A stretch of DNA of 64,000 nt from an uncultured Acidobacteriaceae bacterium (GCA_963780495.1 CAWACF010000017.1:66559-130558), one strand, 5' to 3'. Counted from the first letter of the stretch, positions 38,830 to 48,172 are shown. The notes: generated by a model not told the origin, from the letters alone. Numbers and translations are program-made.

Positions 38830-41800
38830 TCAAGAACGCGCTCCTTCGGGCTCTTCTTTTCCGCGGTGCAGCAGGTAATAAGCAGAAGGGACCAGGAACA
38901 GTGTCACGATAAACGAGAACATCAGGCCGCCGATGATGGCACGGGCCAGCGGAGCATATTGCTCGCTGCCGGCCTCCAGCGCCAGCGCCATCGGAATCAG
39001 CCCGAGGAAGGTGGCGAAGGTGGTCATCATGATTGGGCGCAAGCGCACGTGGCAGGCATTCCGGATGGCTTCGCGCAGACCCTCGCCTCGCCGACGCAGT
39101 TCGCGGGTGAATTCCACGATCAGGATGGAGTCCGATACCACGATGCCAATCATCATCATCACGCCCATCAGCGACATGATGTTGATGGTGGTGTGGGTCA
39201 GCAATAGGAACAGAATCACACCCGTGAAACCGGGCGGAACGGCCAAGAGGATAATGAATGGATCTCCGAAAGAGGCGAACTGCGCCATCAGGATGAGGTA
39301 GACAAGCACGATGGAGAGCGAAAGTCCGATGGCAAAACTACTGAACGACCGCCGCATTGACACTACAGAGCCCACAAGCTGAACGCGGGTATTCGGTGGC
39401 AGCTTTGTGTGCTCGATCAGGTTATTGACTTTCTTCGCCAGCACACCCAGGTCTTCGCCCTTCGGAGACACGTAAAGATCGATCACGCGGAAGAGCTGGT
39501 AGTGATCCACCTCAGTGGGCGTGTTGATCATCTTGATGTCAGCAACGTTTTCCAGCATCGTAGGATCGGCGTTGTTCTTGGCATGCAGCGGAATTTGCTT
39601 GAAGTCTTCCATTGTCATCGTGCCGATTTCCTTCGGCGTGTACTGGACAGTGAGGAAGTAATTGTTGCCGCTGTGCGGATCGATCCAATATCCGGGAGCA
39701 ATCATGCCGTTGGAAGTCAGTGCGGTGACCACGTTGTCGACGACATCCTTGGCCGTGAGGCCGAGCCTGGCCGCCATCTCCCGGCGCACGTCAAGCTGGA
39801 TTCCGGGATAATCGAGGTCCTGAGGAATCAGCACGTCTCGGACGTCCGGTAGTTGCCGCAACTTCTGTGCCATCTCAGCGGCAACGTCGTAAGCCGAGTG
39901 CTGGTTGTTCCCGGTTACCTGAATGTCGATGGGCGCCGGCATGCCCTGATTCACAATGGAATCCACCAGACCGCCGGTCTGGAAGAACGTCGACAGCTCA
40001 GGCAGGTCCTGTTGCAACTTCTGCCGCACGCGGTTGATGTAGACGAAGCTGCTGATCTTGTGTTCCTTCTGCAGTTGTACCTGCACGAAGGCCGTGTGCA
40101 TGGCGGAGTTGGTGGTGTAGATTGCCGACAGGTCCGCATTGACACCGATGTTGGAAACGATCATCTCCAGATCGTCCGGCGCAACCACTTGCCGGATGTC
40201 ATCTTCCACGTGCGCAATGTAATCATTGGTCAGCTCGATACGCGTGCCGGTGGGCGCTTTGACGTTGATAACAAACTGCCCCGGATCGGTTCGAGGGAAG
40301 AAAGCGACTCCGAGTAACGGCGAAAGCGCGAGACTGAGCACGAAAATTCCCATGATCCCGCCGACCGTCAGCTTGGGGCTGTCCAGAGCCTTTTCAATTA
40401 GCTCGTCATACTTCTGCAATACACGGTCGTAGCCGCGGTTGAAGAGCTGGAGAGCACGCTGCATCGGGCCATTGCCGTGCCCCACATGCGCCGACTTAAT
40501 AAACCGCGAACAGAATAGCGGGACCACCGACATCGCTACCAGATAGGACGCCGCGAGAGCCAGCACCACACCCAGCGCCAATGCGCTAAAAAGATACTTG
40601 CTGACGCCGGAAAGAAAGACGACGGGAAAAAATACGATGGCGGTGGTGAATGTGGCGGCCAGAACCGCCAACTGAACCTCTTTGCCACCATGCTCGGCAG
40701 CCGTGCGCGGGTCCTCACCTTCCTCTAAATGTCGAAAGATATTTTCCAACACTACGACGGAGTTATCGATCAACCGTGACAGGACGAGCGCCAATCCGCC
40801 GAGCACCATAGTATTGATCGTGCTGCCAAAGGCATTCAGGAGAAGAAACGCCGCCAGGCAGGAGATAGGAATCGAAAGCAGGACGGAAACCGTTCCCCGC
40901 AGCGAGCCCAAAAACACCAGGATCATCAATGCCGTCAGCCCCAGTCCCATGCCGCCTTCGCGGAGCACGTTTGCGACGGCGATTTTCACGTACTCCGACT
41001 GATCGAACACGACGCTTGCGATCAAGTGCTTGGGGGTGTCCAGGAGCTTCGTAATGCGGCTGCGCACGCCGTCGACGATCTGGATGGTGTTGCTATTCCC
41101 GCCCTGTCGCAGAATCGGCAGGTAAACCGACTTCTGCCCGTCCACACGAACGATGTTGTACTGAATCGCAGACGCATCCTCGGCGTGCCCAATGTCGCCG
41201 AAGCGGAGCACGTTGTTGCCGATGGCTTTCAGCGGAACGTCGTTCATCTCCTTGACGTTCGGTAACTGGCTATTGCTGTAGATGTTGTAATCGAGAGGGC
41301 CAATGCGGACGTCGCCGGCAGGCAGAATCGTGTTCGCCTTGTTAATGGCCTGCACCACATCCATCGGGCTGAGTTGTGCCGCCTCCAGCTTCACCGGGTC
41401 GATGTAGAACTGAATTTGCCGATACTTTCCGCCAAAAGGCTGCGGCACCGACGCACCGGGCACGTTTGCGATCTGGTTGCGGACATTGAACTGGCCCTGG
41501 TCGTGGAGCTGAGTCTCGGTCAAGCCCTCGCCTTTCAGCGTCACCAGGCACACCGGCAAACTCGAGGCATCGAATTTCAGCACTACCGGCGGAAGTGTTC
41601 CCTGCGGCAGCCTTCGCAAGTCAGCCATAGCGAGATTGGCAATTTCGCTGACCGCCGCATCCGGATCGGTACCCGGTTGGAAATAGACCTTGATCAGACT
41701 GACGCCGGTAAGTGAGCGCGATTCGATGTGGTCGATGTTACTGCCCAGTGTGAAGAACCGCTCGAAGGTGTCGGTAATGTCCGCCTCAATCTGCTCAGGC

Positions 41801-41958
41801 GGCATGCCGCTGTAAAATGTTGCCACCACCACGACCGGAATTTGAATCTGCGGAAACAAATCCACCGGCATGCGGTCGACTGTTGTCACGCCGACCACGA
41901 CAATTCCGAGGCACAACATCAGAATAAAAAACGGATACTTGATCGCGAAGCTCGACAT
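38830..41958 (-). CDS. RND efflux permease (AcrB/MdtB/C-like), paralog A
   Basis: 1042 aa, roughly 80% identical by eye to the downstream paralog. Confidence 0.93.
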   Translation of the reverse strand: MSSFAIKYPFFILMLCLGIVVVGVTTVDRMPVDLFPQIQIPVVVVATFYSGMPPEQIEADITDTFERFFTLGSNIDHIESRSLTGVSLIKVYFQPGTDPDAAVSEIANLAMADLRRLPQGTLPPVVLKFDASSLPVCLVTLKGEGLTETQLHDQGQFNVRNQIANVPGASVPQPFGGKYRQIQFYIDPVKLEAAQLSPMDVVQAINKANTILPAGDVRIGPLDYNIYSNSQLPNVKEMNDVPLKAIGNNVLRFGDIGHAEDASAIQYNIVRVDGQKSVYLPILRQGGNSNTIQIVDGVRSRITKLLDTPKHLIASVVFDQSEYVKIAVANVLREGGMGLGLTALMILVFLGSLRGTVSVLLSIPISCLAAFLLLNAFGSTINTMVLGGLALVLSRLIDNSVVVLENIFRHLEEGEDPRTAAEHGGKEVQLAVLAATFTTAIVFFPVVFLSGVSKYLFSALALGVVLALAASYLVAMSVVPLFCSRFIKSAHVGHGNGPMQRALQLFNRGYDRVLQKYDELIEKALDSPKLTVGGIMGIFVLSLALSPLLGVAFFPRTDPGQFVINVKAPTGTRIELTNDYIAHVEDDIRQVVAPDDLEMIVSNIGVNADLSAIYTTNSAMHTAFVQVQLQKEHKISSFVYINRVRQKLQQDLPELSTFFQTGGLVDSIVNQGMPAPIDIQVTGNNQHSAYDVAAEMAQKLRQLPDVRDVLIPQDLDYPGIQLDVRREMAARLGLTAKDVVDNVVTALTSNGMIAPGYWIDPHSGNNYFLTVQYTPKEIGTMTMEDFKQIPLHAKNNADPTMLENVADIKMINTPTEVDHYQLFRVIDLYVSPKGEDLGVLAKKVNNLIEHTKLPPNTRVQLVGSVVSMRRSFSSFAIGLSLSIVLVYLILMAQFASFGDPFIILLAVPPGFTGVILFLLLTHTTINIMSLMGVMMMIGIVVSDSILIVEFTRELRRRGEGLREAIRNACHVRLRPIMMTTFATFLGLIPMALALEAGSEQYAPLARAIIGGLMFSFIVTLFLVPSAYYLLHRGKEEPEGARS

Positions 41959-41964
41959 CGCCGG

Positions 41965-43254
41965 CTACTCCGTACCCGAGAGATTTTCGGCGGTGACCAC
42001 TGCACGCGTCGGCTTAACCAGTTCACCCACCTGATAGCTGCCGAGATTGCCGACGATGACGCGCTCACCCTCCTGCAGTCCACCCAGGATCTGCACCTTG
42101 CTTGGGCTCTCGATGCCGAGTTGCACTTCGCGGATTTGAACACGGTTGTTGGCATCGAGAGCCATGACCGTGGTCTTGCCGCCCGACCGCAATACTGCCG
42201 TAACGGGGATGGTCAGCGCGTCGGTTTTGCTGTTCGCTTGTAGAGTGACGTCGGCGTACATTCCCGGCTGGAGTTCGTACTTGGGATTGGGGACGTCGAT
42301 TTCCACCTGCATGGTACGTGTCGAAGGGTCGAGTGCATCGGTAAATCGCGTTACTTTGCCGGTGAAGTGCTCGCCTGTGGCCTGCACATGCACGTCAGCC
42401 GAATCACCGATCCTAACTTTGGCAGCTAGCGATTCCGGCACCGGGATTCGGAGTCGGAGGAGGTCAACCTGCGCGACGGTCACTACGGGCAGCCCGCTGG
42501 TATTCGAGGTGCCCGCCTGCACCAGGGATCCGGTATCGGCATAACGCCACGTCACTACACCCTCGTACGGGGCAGTGATGGTGGCGTAGTCGCTCAACGC
42601 CGCATAGTGCTGCTGATCGGCCTTGGCTACTTGAAGTTGCTGTTGAGCAGCAGCCAATGCGGACTTTGCGGCGTCGACCTGCGCCTCCGAAGCGCGATCC
42701 TTGGCAGTAGCGTCGTCGAGCTCTTGCTGTGCAATTAATCCAGGACGCGCTTTGTCAGTGTTCACCAGTCGATCGGCGTTCGCGTGCAGGGCAACGTTGT
42801 CGGCTTCCGCTCGCGACACTTCGCTCCTGGCCCGCTGGATTTCTTCTTCGGCATGGTGCACTTCGGCCTTTGAAGCGTCCACCTGCGCTACCAATTCCGG
42901 TATCTCCAACACAGCCAGGGTTTCGCCGGTGTGAACGCGATCTCCGATGTCGACGTAAATGTGCTTAATGTAGCCGGCGACTTTGGCGTGGAGTTCCACA
43001 TTTTGGTACGGCATGAACTGGCCGGCGATAGAGAGAGAGTTGGCGATAGTCTCCCGCTGCACTGGAGCAACGGCGGCGTAAACGGCTGCAGTTTCACCAC
43101 TGCTCGCAGCTTCATCGTTACGCGCACTTCCTGCCCGGACTCGCTTAACTACGATGAAGACAAGCAGCAGACATACTGCGGCAACTGCTATCACGAGCCA
43201 CTTGCGAAGAGGACGGGTGGGAGCAGTCTTTTGCTGTTCAGTCAGAATCGGCAT
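41965..43254 (-). CDS. RND efflux periplasmic adaptor (MFP/HlyD family)
   Basis: N-terminal TM helix, a biotinyl-lipoyl-like hairpin (GYIKHIYVDIGDRVHTGETLAVLE), a coiled coil and a beta-barrel domain. Confidence 0.9.
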   Translation of the reverse strand: MPILTEQQKTAPTRPLRKWLVIAVAAVCLLLVFIVVKRVRAGSARNDEAASSGETAAVYAAVAPVQRETIANSLSIAGQFMPYQNVELHAKVAGYIKHIYVDIGDRVHTGETLAVLEIPELVAQVDASKAEVHHAEEEIQRARSEVSRAEADNVALHANADRLVNTDKARPGLIAQQELDDATAKDRASEAQVDAAKSALAAAQQQLQVAKADQQHYAALSDYATITAPYEGVVTWRYADTGSLVQAGTSNTSGLPVVTVAQVDLLRLRIPVPESLAAKVRIGDSADVHVQATGEHFTGKVTRFTDALDPSTRTMQVEIDVPNPKYELQPGMYADVTLQANSKTDALTIPVTAVLRSGGKTTVMALDANNRVQIREVQLGIESPSKVQILGGLQEGERVIVGNLGSYQVGELVKPTRAVVTAENLSGTE

Positions 43255-43368
43255 GACGCCTTCCTTGTATCTATCAACGCGATGTCAAAGGGCAATTCCG
43301 CTCAACATGAGCCGATTGGCCACGGAAAACACCGAACCCTGGAAAAACAAACTAGGACAAGAGGAAAA

Positions 43369-43722
43369 TTAATTCTGGAAAGGAGGAGGCCGTAAAAATC
43401 GGTGCAGATATCGCAAGCGGAGATTGTCGGGTGAGGAAATTTCAACGGCGCCGCGCACCTTGGGTTCGCGATGGAGATACAACGAAAACAGGCAGGTAAA
43501 GGCGATCCAGAACAGCACGACGCCAGCCGACTGAAGCGTCTGCGCTTCCATCTTCTGACCGCTGAGCCACAGTTTGGAAGCTGTGGAAGGAGTGGCTTTG
43601 GCTGGGGCGCCCCCGTTATAAACCGCTATCTTGGCGTGCAACGCGAAAAAGAACACTAATGCGCACAACCACAGCAACGTGGCGTGCCACAGTAAATTCC
43701 TTCGCGTGAATAGACGATTCAA
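43369..43722 (-). CDS. hypothetical 2-3 TM membrane protein upstream of the efflux genes
   Basis: ORF track. Hydrophobic helices. Same strand as the MFP gene and 114 nt upstream of it. Confidence 0.45.
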   Translation of the reverse strand: MNRLFTRRNLLWHATLLWLCALVFFFALHAKIAVYNGGAPAKATPSTASKLWLSGQKMEAQTLQSAGVVLFWIAFTCLFSLYLHREPKVRGAVEISSPDNLRLRYLHRFLRPPPFQN

Positions 43723-44327
43723 GATACGCCAACAACCCCGCTTCTTATTACTATACGTGGGAACCCTGGTTTTGTGAGCAAGTTGCCCAGGATCAAACGC
43801 TGCATTGAAAATTTATCGCGTTGTCGCACTCTTTGCAACTAACCACTGCCACAGGCGAGCCTCCGAGAGGCTGCATCTTTTTTGCCGACGTTATCATTGG
43901 TAGCTGCGATGAGCACCTGCTGGCGTGTGGCCTCCGTTGCTGCCGAGTTACTGGATAACGCGACGCCCGGCATGGAAGCTTGCTATCCCCAACTCAGAGC
44001 CGCCCTGAATGCTTCGCCTCAACCAAAGAGCGTCCCCCCTTGGGCTGCGGGTCCAAATTTCTGGGAGATGCGTGCGGTGAACAAACGAACCGTAATTTTG
44101 TCGCAAGTCGAGTGGAACCATGGCATCGGCAGAAAGCTTCCCTACCGCCTGACCTGCGCGAATCTGTCTCCGGGGTAGGCGTCTCGGCTAGATGAAGACC
44201 GCCTTGTCGTTCTGTTGTCGGTAAAAAACAACGCGGGCTTTCTGGCGAACATGAGCACGGTCGAGAAACAAACATCACTTAATAGCTCTGATTAGTAGCC
44301 CTGGCTAACTTGTGTAGGCGCGACGGC

Positions 44328-44846
44328 TCACAACTCAAGGAACCGGGATTCGATGTCGCGTTCGACTCGGATGCAGGAAAAGGTCAGCTTTAGCTCGCAC
44401 CGCGTAACGAGGCAGGCATAGCCAACCTGCATGAGTCCGCTGTTAGTTCTTAGCCACTGCACATCCTTCTTATGGCCTCTTCTGACTTGGGCTGGCTCGT
44501 GTGTAATCGAGCTAATGTTTTTCCATTCGACTACCGCAACGGGCCGATAGCCACACCACAAGGTTGCGCCGACTCGTGGCCACACAACGAGGTGCCTTAA
44601 GGTACGAGGCGCATCTCCGCTGCTCTGTTGGATTTGTTTCACCGGATAGTCAATCCCGATCTGCCGCAAATCCAAACCCCTGTGCTGGAACTGATGAACA
44701 AAGTGACCAAATACGAATAGGTTCACGATCTCATGTTCGCGAACATACCCGTCGTGGCGAGCCAGCTCTTCAAAGAAGGGCGGCAGCGACTGGCTCATTA
44801 TCTCGTCAAAAACTTCTACCGCATTCGGGAGTTGATCAAAGTTCAT
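44328..44846 (-). CDS. hypothetical protein (172 aa), possible PD-(D/E)xK-like fold
   Basis: ORF track. VAVVEWK resembles an ExK nuclease motif, but the preceding Asp motif is not clear. Confidence 0.4.
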   Translation of the reverse strand: MNFDQLPNAVEVFDEIMSQSLPPFFEELARHDGYVREHEIVNLFVFGHFVHQFQHRGLDLRQIGIDYPVKQIQQSSGDAPRTLRHLVVWPRVGATLWCGYRPVAVVEWKNISSITHEPAQVRRGHKKDVQWLRTNSGLMQVGYACLVTRCELKLTFSCIRVERDIESRFLEL

Positions 44847-45226
44847 ACACGAGGCTTCTCAAACCCCATTTGCTTCCCTGAGAAGGCCGTCGCCTTTGGT
44901 GAGAACGACTCGATTCTGCTCTAGTAGGCGGTAAGGTGAGGATTACATGTGCGTTACATTCGCGAGATTGAACGCTGACCTTCCGAAGCGTTTTCAAAGT
45001 GGTACTACGGGACACTTCTCGGTGCTGCATACCTTCACTGGGGCTGAGGGTCGTATCCGGTAGGCTTGACCCATGACAATCGTGGTGTTTGCCGGCTGCG
45101 GCATGTGCTCGATAGCTGGAACTCGATCTTCGAGCTGCTCCAGGCGTCGCCAGACCCGCGCTAATGCTTCGGGAAGATCGTCCATGACCGCCGCCACCCT
45201 TTGAGGCCGGAATGAACGCGGTTGAA

Positions 45227-46411
45227 CTACTGCGCCGATGCCGCTTTGGCAAACAAAGCTTTCTCGGGCCACGGCGGCAGGAGCTTGACTAAAACCCATA
45301 GAAACATGAATGGCAGGATCGTCAGTATGATTGCCGTGAGCAAGCCTTCCCTAGTGGCGAAGCCCATCTTGTAGGTCGTGTATCCGAGAAAGCTTTTCGA
45401 AAAGAGCTGGCCGCCGATGACCACGTTCCAACGCATGGCGAAGATTCCGATCAGCGTCAGGAAGCCGGAGAGCGCGTAGGTTCGCTTGCGGGCAAGATCG
45501 GTCAGCTTCGCGACTTGCGTTAATCCCAGTAGAACAATCGGGGTCACGGTGCCCAGCAGAATCTGCACCACGATATGAGAGAAATACAGCCGGGTGTGGA
45601 CCATAAAATCCAGGCTGCGGAAGGATTCGTCGGCTTCGTAGATGCGGTGAATCAGATCCAGCATCTCCAGGCTGAAATCGATGATGAAGGTGTAGAAAAG
45701 ATACTTTGCGACAGTATCGACGCAGCGCATGTCAATCGGCTCCCGCCGCATCCAGTTCAGCAGCATGTACAGCAGCAGGACGACCGCTATGCCCGAGACC
45801 ATAGCCGAAAACAGGAATACCACCGGCATCAGCGGTGATGACCACCACGGGTTGGCTTTCACTGAGCCAAAGATGAAACCCACATACCCATGCAGCAAGA
45901 AAGCCGAAGGAATGCCAACCACGGTGATCAGCCATCCGGCGCGCTCGTCGATGTGCAAGGCGTGCGGACTGACATTGGTCGAGCCCAGCGTCAACATGCA
46001 ATAAATCAAGCGCCGCCAGCCGGTAGTGGTCTGCGACAGCACGACGATGTCGTGCCGGTAATCCAGCCAGATTTCCAGCACTAGAACCGCCAGCAGGTAC
46101 CAGAGATAGACGAAGCCGAACATCGCCATGGCGGACGAGACATGCGGCGTAAGATACATTTCGAAAGAGCGCTCGGGATGGCCCAAATGCAATTGCAGCG
46201 GCATGGGCGCAACCAGCAGGAACGCCAGCGCCGTCAGCAGCGCCAAGCGGTACGTAGGCTTCACCGCCTGCACCTGAAAGACCCGCTCCAGCGATGCCAG
46301 AATAAAGGCTCCGGCCACCAACCCCGTGATAAACGGATAAAGCACGATCAGGATGCTCCACTGCAGTTCAACTTCATTCGGGTACATGAATCCTTCCACC
46401 GGAATCTGCAC
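45227..46411 (-). CDS. NrfD/PsrC-family quinone-interacting membrane subunit
   Basis: 394 aa with about 10 TM helices. The N-terminus WSILIVLYPFITGLVAGAFILASL is typical NrfD. GTG at 46411 follows AAGGAG. Confidence 0.85.
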   Translation of the reverse strand: MQIPVEGFMYPNEVELQWSILIVLYPFITGLVAGAFILASLERVFQVQAVKPTYRLALLTALAFLLVAPMPLQLHLGHPERSFEMYLTPHVSSAMAMFGFVYLWYLLAVLVLEIWLDYRHDIVVLSQTTTGWRRLIYCMLTLGSTNVSPHALHIDERAGWLITVVGIPSAFLLHGYVGFIFGSVKANPWWSSPLMPVVFLFSAMVSGIAVVLLLYMLLNWMRREPIDMRCVDTVAKYLFYTFIIDFSLEMLDLIHRIYEADESFRSLDFMVHTRLYFSHIVVQILLGTVTPIVLLGLTQVAKLTDLARKRTYALSGFLTLIGIFAMRWNVVIGGQLFSKSFLGYTTYKMGFATREGLLTAIILTILPFMFLWVLVKLLPPWPEKALFAKAASAQ

Positions 46412-46421
46412 GAGAGTCTCC

Positions 46422-47153
46422 TTATCGCACCGAGCCGTCCAGGCCGTTATAAAAGCACTTCGAATGCGTTGCCATCTGTGGTTTCAAAACCTGCACGCTA
46501 TGCGTACGCAGGAATTCATGGATCGGATCCTTCGGGTCTTTCAGATCGGCGAGCTGTCGCGTACCAGTAGGACAGACCTCGCAACATGCCGTGGTCAGGC
46601 CCTTGGTGATCCGGTGATAGCAGAGCGTGCACTTATTTGCCGTATTGGTCTGCGGATTGATAAATCGGCAGCCGTAGGGACAAGCCTGCACGCAGTAGCG
46701 GCAGCCGAGGCAGTATTTCTGATCGACCAGCACGACTCCATCGGGAGAAATAAAGGTCGCACCCACGGGACAGACCTGGGTGCAAGGCGAATCTGCACAG
46801 TGATTGCACAGCTTGGGAACGAAGAAGTTCTTGCCCGCGGCTTCCTTGGCCGGAGGAAATCCGTTCTTGCCGCCGGCCGGCGAATCGACTTTGGGGTATT
46901 CCATCTCCCAATCCGCGACGTGGTAGCGCTCCACCCAGGTTCGGTAGTAGCCGTCGGGAACCAGGTTCTCCAGTTGGCAAGCGCGTACGCAACTGCCGCA
47001 GCCGATGCACTTGGTAATGTCGATGAGCATCGCCCACCAATGTTCCGCCATTTCGTAGTTCGGTGATGCTTCCGGCGTACCGGCCAGAATGGAATCCCAG
47101 GCAATGGCGGCGGCGGGCAGCAGAATGAGGAGTTGGCGGCGGGTCATGGTCAT
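46422..47153 (-). CDS. Tat-exported 4Fe-4S ferredoxin-type subunit (NrfC/PsrB/HybA family)
   Basis: Tat motif TRRQLL. Four Cys clusters: CIGCGSCVRAC, CNHCADSPCTQVCP, CLGCRYCVQACP, CTLC...CCEVCP. The ATG at 47153 overlaps the upstream stop (ATGA). Confidence 0.88.
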   Translation of the reverse strand: MTMTRRQLLILLPAAAIAWDSILAGTPEASPNYEMAEHWWAMLIDITKCIGCGSCVRACQLENLVPDGYYRTWVERYHVADWEMEYPKVDSPAGGKNGFPPAKEAAGKNFFVPKLCNHCADSPCTQVCPVGATFISPDGVVLVDQKYCLGCRYCVQACPYGCRFINPQTNTANKCTLCYHRITKGLTTACCEVCPTGTRQLADLKDPKDPIHEFLRTHSVQVLKPQMATHSKCFYNGLDGSVR

Positions 47154-47623
47154 TGCGCAACTCCAACATTCATCGCTGGATTGTGCGGCTGATGACAGGT
47201 GTTGCAGGCCGCCCCTCCGGAGTGTTCGGCCGCATCTACCTGGGGAAAGTCCTTCGGCTTGGCGAGATTTTCCTGGTGGCAACGAGCGCAGAGGACTCTC
47301 GTATCCAGCTTCGTCGGCGTCACCGCTGCCGGATCGTTGGCGTGCGCTGCCAGCGGGCCGTGACAGGACTCGCACGCTACGCTTTTGTGTACGCCTTTGC
47401 TCTTCACATCCAGCACATCGGCATGACAACCCTCGCAAACCTGATGCCCGGCGTAGTGGACCGGCAGGGCCGCGATCTCAGTGATTGCGTCAGCGCGGTA
47501 ATGACCGTAGCGTCCAAAACTGCGCGGTACCAGCAAACTGCGCAGTACCAGGAAGGCTACCAACCCAACCAGGAACACCGCCGCCACGCGAAAAAGATGT
47601 CCCGTATCCTGGAAGATCTTCAT
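47150..47623 (-). CDS. membrane-anchored tetraheme c-type cytochrome
   Basis: Four CXXCH sites (CEGCH, CESCH, CARCH, CNTCH) after one TM helix. Start is ATG 47623 or further upstream at 47677. Confidence 0.8.
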   Translation of the reverse strand: MKIFQDTGHLFRVAAVFLVGLVAFLVLRSLLVPRSFGRYGHYRADAITEIAALPVHYAGHQVCEGCHADVLDVKSKGVHKSVACESCHGPLAAHANDPAAVTPTKLDTRVLCARCHQENLAKPKDFPQVDAAEHSGGAACNTCHQPHNPAMNVGVAQ

Positions 47624-47759
47624 GCCTGTATTCCACCAGAAGCGACCAAGGCGGGTGCTCGCCGGCCTCGCTGCCACTCGGCTTTTGAGTCATTCGCGAC
47701 ACGTTCCATTTTGGGATTGATATAGGAGGGAGGTATCACGCCGCCGTGTTCCAGGTCAC

Positions 47760-48059
47760 GACTTCAGGTGACATTCATCACGTACCCAAGTGTTCATGAG
47801 CAGCGGGAGCGTCACGAATTGTCCCACCAGCCTTATAAGATTCGTGAAGTGTAAGGGAATAAGGAAGCTTGCCACACCAGCTTCCGCAGATCGCGTTTTC
47901 CAGACCGGGCCGCCAGATAAGCGGCAAGCGCGCTTCCACCAGCAACTGCAGCATGTGGGCCGCGTCGCGGGCATGCGCCTTCTGCTTGCGCACCATAGAC
48001 GCCCGGATCGGGCCCCATCCCCAATTCAACAACTCGCGCTCCACTTCGGCCAGCAGGCG
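47760..48059 (-). pseudogene. truncated, frameshifted IS110-family transposase remnant
   Basis: RLLAEVERELLNWGWGPIRASMVRKQKAHARDAAHMLQLLVEARLPLIWRPGLEN aligns with residues about 57-115 of the intact IS110 transposase at 62974 (RVRKQKTDRQDAQLILKLML..FPGIWVPSWEN). RDLRKLVW continues in another frame. The N-terminal roughly 55 aa and the C-terminal half are absent. Confidence 0.6.
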
Positions 48060-48096
48060 CTAGATTGTAAGTAATTGACGATAAAAGAGCTGGTTT

Positions 48097-48172
48097 TGGT
48101 GGAGCTAGTCGGGATCGAACCGACGACCTCATCGTTGCGAACGATGCGCTCTCCCAGCTGAGCTATAGCCCC
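48097..48172 (-). tRNA. tRNA-Ala (anticodon CGC)
   Basis: GGGGCTA acceptor with the G3:U70 identity pair, anticodon loop TTCGCAA, GGTTCGATCCC T-arm, encoded CCA. Confidence 0.93.

Noticed and set aside
43858-43883. Plus-strand terminator-like AGCCTC cga GAGGCT followed by a T6 run, with no upstream plus-strand gene
   Set aside because: The stem is only 5-6 bp with a 3-nt loop. It might mark an sRNA at 43740-43885, but the evidence is too thin to call a feature.
43882-44178. 98-aa plus-strand ORF in the 600-nt gap
   Set aside because: No RBS and no motif, and it is overlapped by other equally poor ORFs. Left unannotated.
44994-45185. Small minus-strand ORF (MDDLPEALARVWRRLEQLEDR..., 63 aa) downstream of the nrfD-like gene
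   Set aside because: It is plausible as a small coiled-coil protein, but it has no RBS I could recognise. A competing 138-aa ORF in another frame is equally unconvincing.
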